DNA of 64,000 nt from Octopus sinensis. Its lineage: Eukaryota. Positions within the stretch are counted from its first letter, which is position 1. Each line of letters starts with the position of its first letter. The position numbers and the translations under genes were made by a program. The stretch spans positions 39,060,001-39,124,000 of the forward strand of contig NC_043015.1 in NCBI RefSeq assembly GCF_006345805.1, given 5' to 3'. Shown here one piece after another: positions 48,541-61,721 of the stretch. Under the pieces are notes generated by a model. The model saw nothing but the letters and a program-made list of their open reading frames with translations. It made no database searches and had not been told where the DNA came from.

Positions 48541-51500
48541 TCTCATGCGATTCGATGCCAGTACAAACTGGCCAGTCTAGATTGCACTCTAACCACAATT
48601 TGGAGTAGTTTGTTATATTTGACTCAAGTTGAAAATTCTACTATCATACACTGCTTCTGAATGCAACATGTTATATATATTGATAGGTATCTATCTATCT
48701 ATCTATTTATAATATAATAATAAGAGTAAATAATTTCTATAATGGTTTTTAAAAAAGACCACAATTATTTATCTATCTATCTATCTATCTATCTATATAT
48801 ATATATATATATACATATATACACACATATACATAGAGAGAGACGCACATATTCAACTGATTACAAACTAATGAACTTGTGTTTTGGTCATAGAATTTCC
48901 CCCCCCCCTTTTTTTTTTTTACTTTCTTTCCTTCCTTTTTCTCTTCATCAATGAAAAATAGTCAAAAAACAGCAGTAGCCCCAGGCGTTTTGTCTTTGCA
49001 ATGTGAAACTAATAAATCAACGTTTTTATACACGCACATACACAAACACACACACACAGTCACTCTCACTTTAATAAATACTATAGAATAAATATTATTT
49101 CTATAATATTTATTAAAGTGAGAGTGACTGTAATTTAGTTTTACTGAGATTTCCATAGTTTTGTAGTAGTAGTAGTAGCAGCAGCAGCAACTGTTTTCAT
49201 AATTTTATAGGACTAGTAGTAGTAGTAGTCATTTTTCTCAGTTTTGTGGTAGTAATAGCTATCTTCATGTATAGGGCAGCCCAAAAGTCACGAAAGGGTC
49301 TAAAATTTTAATAAATTTGTTTTAATTACATATTTTCATTTGTAGTTTACCAGAGATGATTTTTCATGCCTCACATGAGGCATTTTTTCATTTCCTATAA
49401 ACATATTGTAGATGCTGCTAAGGTATCGTTAATTTAAAACAGAACATGAATGGATTATAACCCCTTTGTGGCTTTTGGATCACCCTGTAGCATTTTATCA
49501 TTTCTGAAAATATGCAGTTCCTCTATTAAGGAAGTTATTAATTTTTCTAATTATTAATGTCATCAGTCTTTACTCTTTTTTACTTGTTTCAGTCATTTGA
49601 AACAATGACTGGAGCACCGCCTTTAGTCGAGCAAATTGACCCCGGGACTTATTCTTTGTAAGCCTAGTACCTACTCTATCGGTCTCTTTTGCTGAATCGC
49701 TAAGTTACAGGAACGTAAACACACCAGCATTGGTTGTCAAGCGATGTTGAGGGGACAGACACAAACACACACACACATATATATATACATATACGATGGG
49801 TTTCTTTCAGTTTCCGTCTACCAAATCCACTCACAAGGCTTTGCTCGGCCCGAGGCTATAATAGAAGACACTTGCCCAAGGTGCCACACAGTGGGACTGA
49901 ACCCGGAATCATGTGGTTAAGCAAGCTACTTACCTCACAGCCACTCTTGCGCCTATAATTACCAATCTCTAACAATTGTTCCCATTTCTTCATATTCAGA
50001 ACATCTGACAGAACACTTTACCCATTTTTTGTATTTTTGTCTCAAAAAGTCACAGCAATGATCTTTGATAAACTTTTACACTGATCTCCTTTCAGTTGTA
50101 GAAGTTAACCAATTCAATGTTATATGTTAATAAATTAAATTTCAACTACAATAGATGACGGGGGTGGAGATCTGATCATATTGTGTCTGGAGCCATGGAA
50201 TCTGTGCCAGGGACAAAATATTTTAGTATAAATAATTTTGACCAAGTTTGGTATCGTTTGATATTGGGTTGATGGTTCTAAGGACCGAACGATGTTACCT
50301 CGTTCCTTTTCTATTCCGTACCCTGGATAACTGAAAAAATAAACAAGCTAAAACGACCACTTGGAACAGAAGTTGGTTTTACTGTCTTTTTAAGTCAAGT
50401 TTGTTCTGTCAACTGTCTTGGCACAAACTCAATTGTTATGTCTGTTGGTCGTATTAGATTTGCTATTTATCTATCACGGGACTCAATGGAGATGACATAG
50501 CAATACTAAATTAGGGATCAGTAATTAAATCAAGCTAGAGTGTTACTAATTATTAAAATAATTAATCTATGCAGAAGTTTCTCCAGAAAAATATAAAAGC
50601 AGACTAACAGATATGCAACAGAATCAACAAGATCAATTGCTACTAAATTTGGTTTCAAATTTTGGCACAAGGCCAGCTATTTCGGAGGCAGGGGCTATGT
50701 TGATTGCATCGACCCCAGTGCTCAGCAGGTAGTTATCCAAAAGGATGAAAGGCAAAGTTGACCTTGGCGGAATTTGAACTCAGAATGTACAGACAGGTGA
50801 AATGCCACGAAGCATTTTACCTGGAAGCTAAAAATTCTACCAGCTTGCTGCCTTGTCACTAATACTCAATGTCATTTACAGGGCTTTTAGGGCTCCCTCT
50901 TCCTCAGCTTGTATCTTGTAATGCAGGGCTTCAATTGTTCTCCCTTACACACTTTGTGGCACAGGGCTATCGTAATGTCCTCTTACACATTTTGTATCGA
51001 GTTTTTAAATCTGCTCCCCCAATTTTTTTTTTCATTTAAATATTCGATAACACACTCAGTATTGTAGAATTTTTCAAAAACCAAAATTAATCATATATGT
51101 CTCCTGACATCACCATTTAACCCTTTCATTACCAACCTGGCTGATACCAGCTCTGGTTCTAAGTACAAATGTCTTGTTTTCATAAGTTCTGAATCAAAAT
51201 CTTCCACCAAACCTTAGTCACAATTCCTAACATCAGCTAAATGATAACGAAGTTATTTTACTAAATTCTTTGTTATATTTGAAATAATTGAAAGAAACAC
51301 AGCATCTCAACAGAAATACAGTAATGAAAGGGTTAACGTCTGTTTTTCATGCTGGCATGGGTTTGACAGTTTGACTGAAAACTGGAAAGCCAGGGAACTG
51401 CACCAGGTTCTGATCTGATCTGGCAAGGTTTCTATGGCTGGATGCCCTTCCCAATGCCAACCACTCTGAGAGTATAGTGGGTGTTTTTTATGTGCCAGTG

Positions 51501-52755
51501 GCATGGGTGCCATTGACCTGAAACCAGCACCAGGCACAACTATGGTCTCACTTGAATTGACCGGTCAACACAAGCACGGTATATCGCCAAAGGTCTCAGT
51601 TACCTGTCACTGTCCCCATGAGACCCAACACTTGAATGTTGCTTTTTACCCATACCACCAGCATGGGTGCCAGTCAGACGGCACTGGCATCAGCCATGAT
51701 CATGATTTTACTCGGCTCGACAGGTCTTCAGGTCTATAAATTATTGTAGCTATTCTTCTTGTTCAGGACAATGGAATATGGCCATGCTGGGATAGTGCAG
51801 AGTTTTATTAAAATAGAATGTTGGGCTAAAACCAATTCACAGAAAGTAGTTGTCGTCTTTTGGCTAAAGAAAAGACAAGGAAGCTAACCATGGGAAGCAT
51901 GTTAAGGTTCAATAATGGTATGTGAAGCTGTGGCGCTGATTCTTGAAATTTGTAGTGAAGAAATTTATTTGATGGATCATCCTTGAGAAGATTATAGAAC
52001 TTTCAGTTCAATAGTTCTGTGATTGTTAACATTAAAAACCGTTTTGTTGACTTAACTTGATTAGACTTTTGGTAAACACATCGTTACATTAAATTTACTT
52101 TCTTTTCCATTTTTGTATTTGAATTTTCAAAAATTTCTTTAAAATTCTGCTGGTTTTTGTTTGGTTTTTTTCTGTCCGAGATAAATGATGAGTGTTAAAA
52201 TGTGTTGAAGTCGAGATGAGCATCGACTAAAAACTGGCATCTGTTTTTATTTAAAGATTTTGGCTTTTGTAAATGCTTTAGCAACAAGCACAACTGTGGA
52301 ATTATCTTTCAGAATTGGTCAATATTGCGAGAAGCCTGTTCAAATATTGTCTTTCAAATGATTTACAACAGCAATATTTAAAGTTTGAACTTCATTACAT
52401 GACTCTATAACCTATTGTTTATTTATTCTGTGTTGAAAGCACCATTCTCAATACGTACACACACACTCACACACACACGCACACTAATATAGTGCAAGCT
52501 GGTATCATTCCCTTTTTTTTACTTTCTACCAATTATTTTCAAAATAAATAACAACTTGCTCCAGTTTATCATTATTGATGATGAATTATATTCAAATATT
52601 ATCTTAAATTTCTAATTAAATAGAATTTAGATTTTTAGTTTTATGCCATTTGCCAGTTTGGATTTTTCAAACTGTTTCATTGATTTTGTTGGTAAAGTAT
52701 ATTTTTGGCAACAATATGTTGGGATTGCCTGATATCTGACTCTGCTGGAATCTTA

Positions 52756-53310
52756 AATGCAACAGGTTGCCTCAAATGTAGCCGGTTGCTTCTAATGTGT
52801 CAGGTTGCATCAAATGTAGCCAGTTGCTTCAAATGTAGCAAGTTGCTTTAAATATAGCTTGTTGCCTCTAATATAACAGGGTGTTTCAAATGTAGCAGGG
52901 TGCCTTAAATGTAGCAGGTTGCCTTGAATGTAGCAGGTTACTTTTAATGTAGCAGGTTTCCTCTAATGTAACATGGTGCTTCAAATGTAGCAGGGTGTCT
53001 TAAATGTAACAGGGTGTTTCAAATGTAGCAGGTTACTTCTAATACAGCAGGTTGCCTCTAATGTAGCAGGTTGCATCAAATGTAGCCGGTTGCTTCTAAT
53101 GTGGCAGGTTGCCTCAAATGTAGCAGGTTGCTTTAAATATAGCTTGTTGTCTCTAATATAAAAGGGTGTTTCAAATGTAGCAGGGTGCCTTAACTGTAGC
53201 AGGTTTCCTCTAATGTAACATGGTACTTCAAATGTAGCAGGTTGCCTCTAATGTAGCAGGGTGCAGCGAATGCAGCCAGATGTTTCAAATGCAGCAGGGT
53301 GTCTTAAATG
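52756..53310 (+). repeat. 19-bp minisatellite (aatgtagcaggttgcctca), about 29 units
   Basis: Units read directly; the period is not a multiple of 3. Confidence 0.95.
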
Positions 53311-55252
53311 CTGTGTTTCTATGGTAACAATTGATCTTTTAGTGGACAAAATCTAACATTTTTTCTTGACTTACATAAATAAAACTGATTCAGAACTTTG
53401 GGACTGATATTTACCTGAGGATTTCCTAATGTATTTATCATCATCATCATGATGTCTATTTTTCAATTCCTGAATGGGTTGGATAGATCTTCATTGCTAT
53501 TCTCTCTCATCTCATCTATTGAAACTAAATTTCGTATAGTTTTGTCTGTCTCTCATCTTTAACCTACCCTCCTCTCTGTGTCCCCATCCTTCATTGGTTG
53601 TGACAAATATTTCTACAACTTATTCCAGCTGTAAACGGTATCAAAGAATTGGAATTGGTGAACTCTCAGAATTTTATCAAGATTTCCTGAGCCACTGCCA
53701 ATGTCATATCTTTTTCATATTCGTTATGAAATGGAAGAAACTTTGGTTGGGAAATGTTGCAGCACATTTTCCTGTCTAGCTTTTTTGAGACAAATTTTGT
53801 TAGTTTTGTTCTTGTAAGAAGATTATTGACTCAGCACTAACGATTGATCACACTCACAGAATGGAACATGCTGTAGTGTTGACCATACTTTGCACCTGTC
53901 ATACATAGAGGAAACTTTTACCTTCTAAGTTTATGGATAATCTCAGTTGTTCAAAGGTTTTTGACTCATTTTAAAAACTTGATTATATTTTAATTAGTTT
54001 GTCTGTAGTTTTTTGGCAAATTCTATCAAGAACCAGGCCATCAGCAGATAAATCTTAGCAAAGATAATTCTTGTGTTTGTTTATATCTTTGAAAAGTAGA
54101 AGAAATAGAACTGGGCTGAAGACGGTAAAAATTCCTCACTGATCTTAAATCTATATATATATATATATATATAAAGCTGAAGTTGTCTGTGTATGGCAGG
54201 TTTGGTAGCCTTCAACTAACACTATCTCCTCCAAGACCCTGCGGCACAAGTTGACCAAAATTGGGAGTATGATAGGAGAAGGCTTGCTCTTCATTCCATA
54301 GAAATCGGACCATGTTAACACCAAAAATTATTTACATCAAAAAGGTGCTTTTTTTTCTATGAAAATCCCTATTTTTATGATTTTTTCTTACTGCTGTGTC
54401 GCCATTTTTCGGTGTATTTCAACCAGAAAATGGTTCACTCAAAGAGAATAACAAGCTACATAATGCAAAATGTTTACTTTTCAAAAATTCCAATTCTAAA
54501 GGGTCGAAACAAACCCGAGCAAAGGCCGGGCGATACTGCTAGCATGTTGATAAAACATTTCATCAAATATTTCATATTGAATAAACGGTGAAACATTTTG
54601 ATACATTAGAAATTATTTTCTTCCAAGCATCAAATCTTCCTAATTTGGTTTTAAGTTGTTGAATTCAGAGAAACCCCTTCTCCCCCTCCTTTTATTTACC
54701 CCCCCACCACCACTATTCAGTTGTCAGGTTAAAACTTTATAGATTTAGTTTCTGTAATTAGTTTGAACTTAGAAAGCAATGAATAATTGCCTCCAACTCC
54801 CATTTCATTACTCTGTTTTTTTGTCATCTTTTGTTTCTGAATTATGGACGATTTATTTACTTTCCATATTAATAGTTATTCTATTAATATAGGTGCATTT
54901 CCAATTTTGGATTCTACTCTTTTCAATTTATTTTATTGTGTTTGTATTTCTTTTTACTGACAAAAGCTTTTAAAGTAAATTATCTAAAATGGTTTCTCAA
55001 GTGTAGTGAGATGTGCTTCGGTGAATTGAATATTATAGAGAGCAAACAGAGGGTGGGGGAGCGAGGGGGTGGTGGGCTTTGCCGTGGCTGTTTGAATTTG
55101 TGTAAGGCGACGGCAGCGGCGGCGGTGAGCGAGAGAGAGATGATAGCATGATGTCAGCCAGCAACCACAATGTAACAAAGATGTAAAAATATTAACTGAA
55201 TGCTTGGGTGGGAGGCAGGCGGGACATGTGTGGGTGGGGTGGGGGGGCGAGG

Positions 55253-55285
<33 letters not shown>

Positions 55286-56183
55286 GAGCCACTTCCTTCA
55301 GTTGTACAGACCTCTTTGACATGGCAATTAAGTAATTTTTCAGTGAAATAAAATTAGCAAATATCAATATATGAGAAGTTGCTTCTAAATGGAGTGAAAT
55401 CGTAAGCACTCTACAGATTGAACTTGAGATATTAACTCTTTTGTTCACATCATAATACATGTCTATGAATATAATTTCTTAACGAAACGAAAGCTCCTCG
55501 TCTGAAATGTTGTTTGTCTGCTTTTAATGATAATAGATTCGCTGAAGGACCATTTTTTGTCAAGTACAATCTTATTCAAATGAAGAAAAGAAAAGAAAAA
55601 AATTGAAAAACAAACAACAACAACAAAAAATATCTAAATATAAAATAAAAGGTTAAAGAATAAAAAAGAAAAGAAACAATCTTAACCTTAAATAGGCACT
55701 CAAACAAAATGGTTTTTGTAAAGATGCATTATATTTATGTTCCTTTTAATTTCACCTCATCATCTTACACATTACTTGACATTTTTCTTAAATATTTCAT
55801 TGAAAAATATTGTATTGGTCAATTGAAATATTGTGTTTACCAATCCATAAAGCAGTCATCATAATCATCATCATCATCATCGTCGTCGTCGTCATTCTTC
55901 TTATTATTTTTATTGTTGTTGTTGTTGTTGTCGTCATTTGAAATTAAAAAGGAGTTCTCTTCAATGAGATGTTTAATGATAATAAAAAAACATTAATATT
56001 TCCCCGCTGTTTCCATTTATTTTATTAGCCATGTTCTTTCTCGTTCTTCGTCTGTTTTGCATTCTTTGTTGAATCTGTGTGAAATTCATTTTAGCTAATT
56101 GTTAATCAGTTTTCATTAGTTAACTTAAAGTTCTATTAATTATGTTGATGTGTATTTATTTTGAAGACGCAAACCGTGCGAGT

Positions 56184-56220
<37 letters not shown>

Positions 56221-56325
56221 ACGATGACACTTCTTTTGTAGGTATGAGAGAAAGAGAGAGAGAAAACGGTTTTAAGTTTTGGAACTCTTTGACAAATGAT
56301 GTCACTTTTACATAACAATAACCAC

Positions 56326-56356
<31 letters not shown>

Positions 56357-58554
56357 TTTGATAGGCACAGGAGTGGCTGTGTGGTAAGTAGCTTGCTTAC
56401 AAACCACATGGTTCTGGGTTCAGTCCCACTGCATGGCACCTTGAGCAAGTGTCTTCTACTATAGCCTCGGGCCAACCAAAGCCTTGTGAGTGGATTTGGT
56501 AGGTGGAAACTGAAAGAAGCCCGTCATGTGTCATCATCAGCATTGTTTAACGTCCGCTTTTCATGCTAGAAAACTGTCACATATTTGTATATGGGAATAT
56601 ATGCATGTGTGTTTATATATATATATGTTTGTACCCCTACCATCGCTTCACAACCGATGTTGGTGTGTTTATATCGCCGTAACTTAGCAATTCGGTAAAA
56701 GAGGCCACTAGAATAAGTACTAGCCATGCAAAGAATAAGTCCTGGGGTCGATTTGTTTGACTAAAGGTGGTGCTCCAGCATGGCTGCAGTCAAATGACTG
56801 AAAGAATGAAAAAGGCTTTTTTGTGTGTGAATATGTTCAGGGAAGTGCACTGCAAGCTATGCACCACACACACGCACAGACCAGAACAGTTTGGTCATTG
56901 CAGGTACACCACATATTACCTAATTAATTGTCCACACCTTATAAATATCTCCTTCTGCTCCTCCTCCTCATCCCTTTCCTATATTTCTTTACAAAGCAAG
57001 GGCCATGGCTGTGTGGTAGAGAAGTTCGCTTTCCACCCACCTGGTTTTCAGTTCAGTCACACTGCACAGCACTTTAGATGCCTTCTACTTATAGCACTGG
57101 GCCAGCCAAAACCTTGGGAGTGGATTTGGTTGGCAGAAACTGCTAGAAAGCTGCGAGCTGCCAGAAATGTTGGCACGCTGGGCGAAATGCTTAGCGGTGT
57201 TTCGTCTGCTGTTATGTTCTGAGTTCAAATTCTGCCGAAGTTGATAAATTAAGTACCAGTTACGCACTGGGGTCAATATAATCGACTTAATCCGTTTGTC
57301 TGTCCTTGTTCGTCCTCTCTGTGTTTAGCCCCTTGTGGGTAGTAAAGAAATAAGAAACTGCTAGAAAGCTGTCATATTTTTATATATGTGAATATATGCA
57401 TGTTTGTGTGTATATATTGTATGTATGTATGTGTGTGTATATATTGTATGTGTATATATATATATATATATATATGTGTGTAAGTATATATATGTGTGTG
57501 TGTATGTATATGTAAGTATATATATATATATATATATCATCATCATTTAACGTCCGTTTTCCGTGCTAGCATGGGTTGGACAGTTCGACTAGGGTCTGGG
57601 AAGCCAGGAGGCTGCACCAGGCTCCAGTCTGATCTGGCAGTGTTTCTACAACTGGATGCCCTTCCTAATGCCAACCAATCTGAGTGTAGTGGGTGCTTTT
57701 TACGTGCCAGGGGAGGCTGGCATTGGCCACGATCAGTTAGTGCTTTTTATGTGCCACCGGCACAGAAGCCAGTCAAGATGGCGCTGGCATCGGCCATGTT
57801 CGGATGGTGCTTTTTATGTGCCACCGACACAGGTATCACAACTACACGCAAAAGGGTTAAGTGATCCCTTTACTTGAAGAAATGGCTAAGGGTTAGCATC
57901 AGGAAGGCCTCAGATAACAATTTCCACTTGTGCTTGCACAGAAAAATAGACATACAATGAATGAACATCATTACATCTATGATAGACTGTAATTTGGATC
58001 TACCTTAAATTTTGGGATTCAGTTATATTTTATATCTTTGACTATGTTGACATGGGAGCATGTCACAGGGACACCTTCCACATGAAAGACGTACAGTCAA
58101 GTGCATGTGCTAACCTGATATAAGTGAACTCCTCCACTCATTTAAATTTAAAAAATAAAAAATATGCTTCACTGCTTTATATATGTTAACCTGCACTTAA
58201 AGAGTCAGGTTAGAAAATAACAATTTCCTGGTGGGGATGGTGGTGGCGGTGGTGGGTGATGGCGGTGGTCACGTAGGTTGTGATGATGGGTGAAGTAAGA
58301 GGAAATAATAAGGAAGTATGAGGAATAAGTATTTGACTTACTTTTTTGAGATGTTAAAATCTAGGACTAAATTTTGGTTGCTGACTGACTGATTACAAAA
58401 TAGAAATTACTTGCATGTGTGCGGTGGGAGAAGTGGTGCCCATTGCTTTTCTGGGTCCCATTAGTCTGATGGGTTGTTTGTAAACCCCAAGTTAAAGCTG
58501 GTACATAAATGGTCAGTGAAACAACTGTGTGGACTCCACCAACACATTGCTGGC

Positions 58555-59100
58555 TTAATAATAATAATAATAATAATAATAATGAAATTATTGTGCTCAG
58601 GTGCACTACAACTTGTCAAAAGTGCGTATAAAGCATATGCAGTAATGTACAAATGTCTGGGAAGTGAACAGTGTATGAGTCAGATAGATGCTTGCGTGTG
58701 CATGGAGGGGAGAAAGATCAGGTGTAGTGTTGGTGAATCTCAGGAAACATGGAAGTTTTGAAGGATGCAGTGCTCTAACAACAAACAACTGATGCTGGCA
58801 GTTTGTTCCATGCTTCAGCAACTCTCAGCGTGAAAAAATGTTTCCTGAAGTCATGGGAGCTGTGCTGTTTTCTGACTTTGTAAACCTGTCCACGGGTGTT
58901 AGACGGGTGGAGTTTGAAAAGGTGCTCAGAGTTATTGTTGGTAAGATGGTTAATAATTTTATGGGTGTCTGCCAAGTCAGCTGCCAGACGTCGGAGTTTC
59001 AGTGTGTCCAGGCCCAGGGAAGAAATAAGGCGTTCAGAATTAGTTTGCGACTCCACTGCAGCATGCAGGGGTTTATTATTGAAGAAAGAATAGCGTGACA
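58555..59100 (-). mobile_element. CR1/L2-group LINE 3' fragment with an (ATT)n tail
   Basis: Peptide LGLDTLKLRRLAADL...NTRGQVYKVRKQ...RKHFFTLRVAEAWNKLP. The same 3' end (gtgcacctgagcactgta...attatt) occurs at 6650-6705, 15905-16030 and 61495-61590. Confidence 0.9.
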
Positions 59101-60450
59101 GTAAGTATGCTGTTTTGGGCCCCAGGGTTCATAAGGGATGGTGTTGCAACAGTGTAGTTGTGTGTGTAGAAAGGGTGTGGCTGGAGAAGGCAACTAAACC
59201 CTGAAACATGGAAAGTCGACAGGACATTGATTGGGGTAAGGTCCTGTGACACCTTCAGTAGGTGGATGGATTGATGGGAGAGTTTGAGCCTGAGAGATGA
59301 GAGATGGAACTTATAACGCTGACTGTGGTATTTTTGTTTGAAAGTTCTTGAATTGGACGTAGTGATAGAGTTAGTTGGTTATTAGAGTAAGAAGGTGGGT
59401 GAGCTGAACTGGCAGAATTGTTAGCATACCGGACAAAATGCTTAGTGGTATTTCGCCTGCCGCTAGGTTCTGAGTTCAAACTCCGCCGAAGTTGACTTTG
59501 CCTTTCATCCTTTCCGGGTCGATTAAATAAGTACCAGTTACACACTGGGGTCATTATAATCGACTTAATCCGTTTGTCTGTCCTTGTTTGTCCTCTCTGT
59601 GTTTAGCCCCTTGTGGGTAGTAAAGAAATAGGTATTTCGCCCATCACTAGGTTCTGAGTTCAAATTCCACCACGGTCAACTTTGCCTTTCATCCTTTTGG
59701 GGTTGATAAACTACATACCAGTGAAATACTGGGGTCGATGCAATCGATTAGTCCCCTTCCCCTGAATTTCAGGTCTTGTGCTTTTAGTAGAAAGGGTTAT
59801 CAGAATAAGAATATTGCTTTAATGGGAGATTTAGAGGTTGACACAAGAAAGTGAAACTCCAGTGCAATATCCGTACTGAGGTGGTTGCTGAAAGAAAAGA
59901 ACTGGGTTTGTTGTTGAAGGATGAGGACTTGGAGCAGTGCTGAGGGAAGAGGAGGACCGGGGCTGGTTGGTGCCGTCTATTTCCATCAACATTGAGAAGT
60001 GGGAAAGTTTTTATAGTGTGAAAAAGTAACGTAATTTCAACAAATTAGTATTTTCTGTAGATTCTTAATAACCCTAAATTGGATCATTTGTGGCAGACCA
60101 GATTCTTATGTAGAACCAATCGACCAATAATAATAACAATAATAATAATAATGCTACTGACAATTCTTTATTACAAATAAAATTACTAATAGGGTTTTTT
60201 TTTTTTTTTTTTTTTTGGTTTTTAAGAAGAAAAAAAATCAAAATGTATAATGGTTATTTCTTGGTAATTACTGACACCACTACCCCCACCCTCACCCCAC
60301 CCCCTTCACTGTGACCACCACCACCACCAGCTTTTACTCTAACCCCCATCCGTTGTGTATGTCTTGGAGTAATTCTGTTAAGTCTAAATAAGAATTAAGA
60401 ATAATAGTTTAATAAAAGCAGTGTGTGTATAGATGCATAGTCTGTGTGTG

Positions 60451-60540
<90 letters not shown>

Positions 60541-61683
60541 CATATATGTACACACGTGTGTGTGTGTGTATATATATTTATATATATATCTATATATATA
60601 TTTATACATACATATATACACACACGTGTGTGTGTGTGTGTGTGTATAAATGAAATAAAACAATTGTAGACGAATTACAAGCAAGACTTAACTGATGAAG
60701 GAGAACGAAGAAATATTCTCTTAATTGCTTATCAAAGAACGGAGAGGGAGGGACAGAGGGGGAGGAGGAGGGGGGAGAGCCATCAGTATGAAATTGGCCA
60801 GAAAATTACAAAACATTCTTTTTTAATTTTATTATCTAATGAACTATCTTTTCATTGGCTGAATTTGCCAGCTTTCATGTCAATTAGTCTGATAAGAAAG
60901 TCCCTCTAATCAGCGAGACAGCCATTAATGAAATTAGCTAAAGTTTGTTAAGCTGTGCATCAACCAATAAACGAAGTTGCGAGCCCGTTGCCGTTATTAT
61001 TATGAGACTCCGAAAATCAAACATTTTGCAAGACAAAAACAATTATTAGCATTTCGCTGAGGTGTCAGTGTAGTTGGAGAGGAGTAAAGAGAGAAGCACT
61101 AGAGTTTTGAGTTCAATTCCTTGACAGGTCTCTTTCAACAAATCCACAAAAGACAGATTTTTTTTTTCATCTTCTTTTCCAATAAAATCTCTAATTTGTT
61201 CCATTAAATTTCATCACTCATCAATTTTACTTTTAGCATAAATTACTCTTAATTATTCCATAATTGACAGTGTGTGTGTGTATATGTTTTACATATATGC
61301 ATACATATATAATGTACCTACACATGCATACACATACATATATATACATATTGATATGTATATATATATATATATACACACACACATACACTCAATAACA
61401 CTATAAAAATAGTCAAATTTTCCTTAAGAACTTAGTTCACTTTGAAAACTCCACTAATATATGCTATATGATGTATGATGTATAAAAACATATAATATAA
61501 TAATGAAATTATTGTATACAGTGCTCAGGTGCGCCACAACTTGTCAGAGTATATGCAGTAATGTACAAATGTCTGGAAAGCGAACATGTAATATACAATT
61601 AATATCTGTAAATATAAAACCATCTGAATTTCTGAGTACCTCATTTCTTCTAATATAAAATACCTGTACATCATCTCCAAACC

Positions 61684-61721
<38 letters not shown>

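Noticed and set aside
52756-53310. Possible CRISPR-like array
   Set aside because: Contiguous diverged units without unique spacers, in eukaryotic DNA with no cas genes; it is a minisatellite.
54984-55460. 158-aa minus-strand ORF
   Set aside because: Runs through (CT)n/(CTTT)n and GC-rich non-coding-like sequence, with no homology or splice support.
60409-60684. Tyr/Ile/Val/Cys-rich ORFs here and at 35199-35812 and 48053-48403
   Set aside because: Translations of (TA)n, (CA)n and (CT)n microsatellites.
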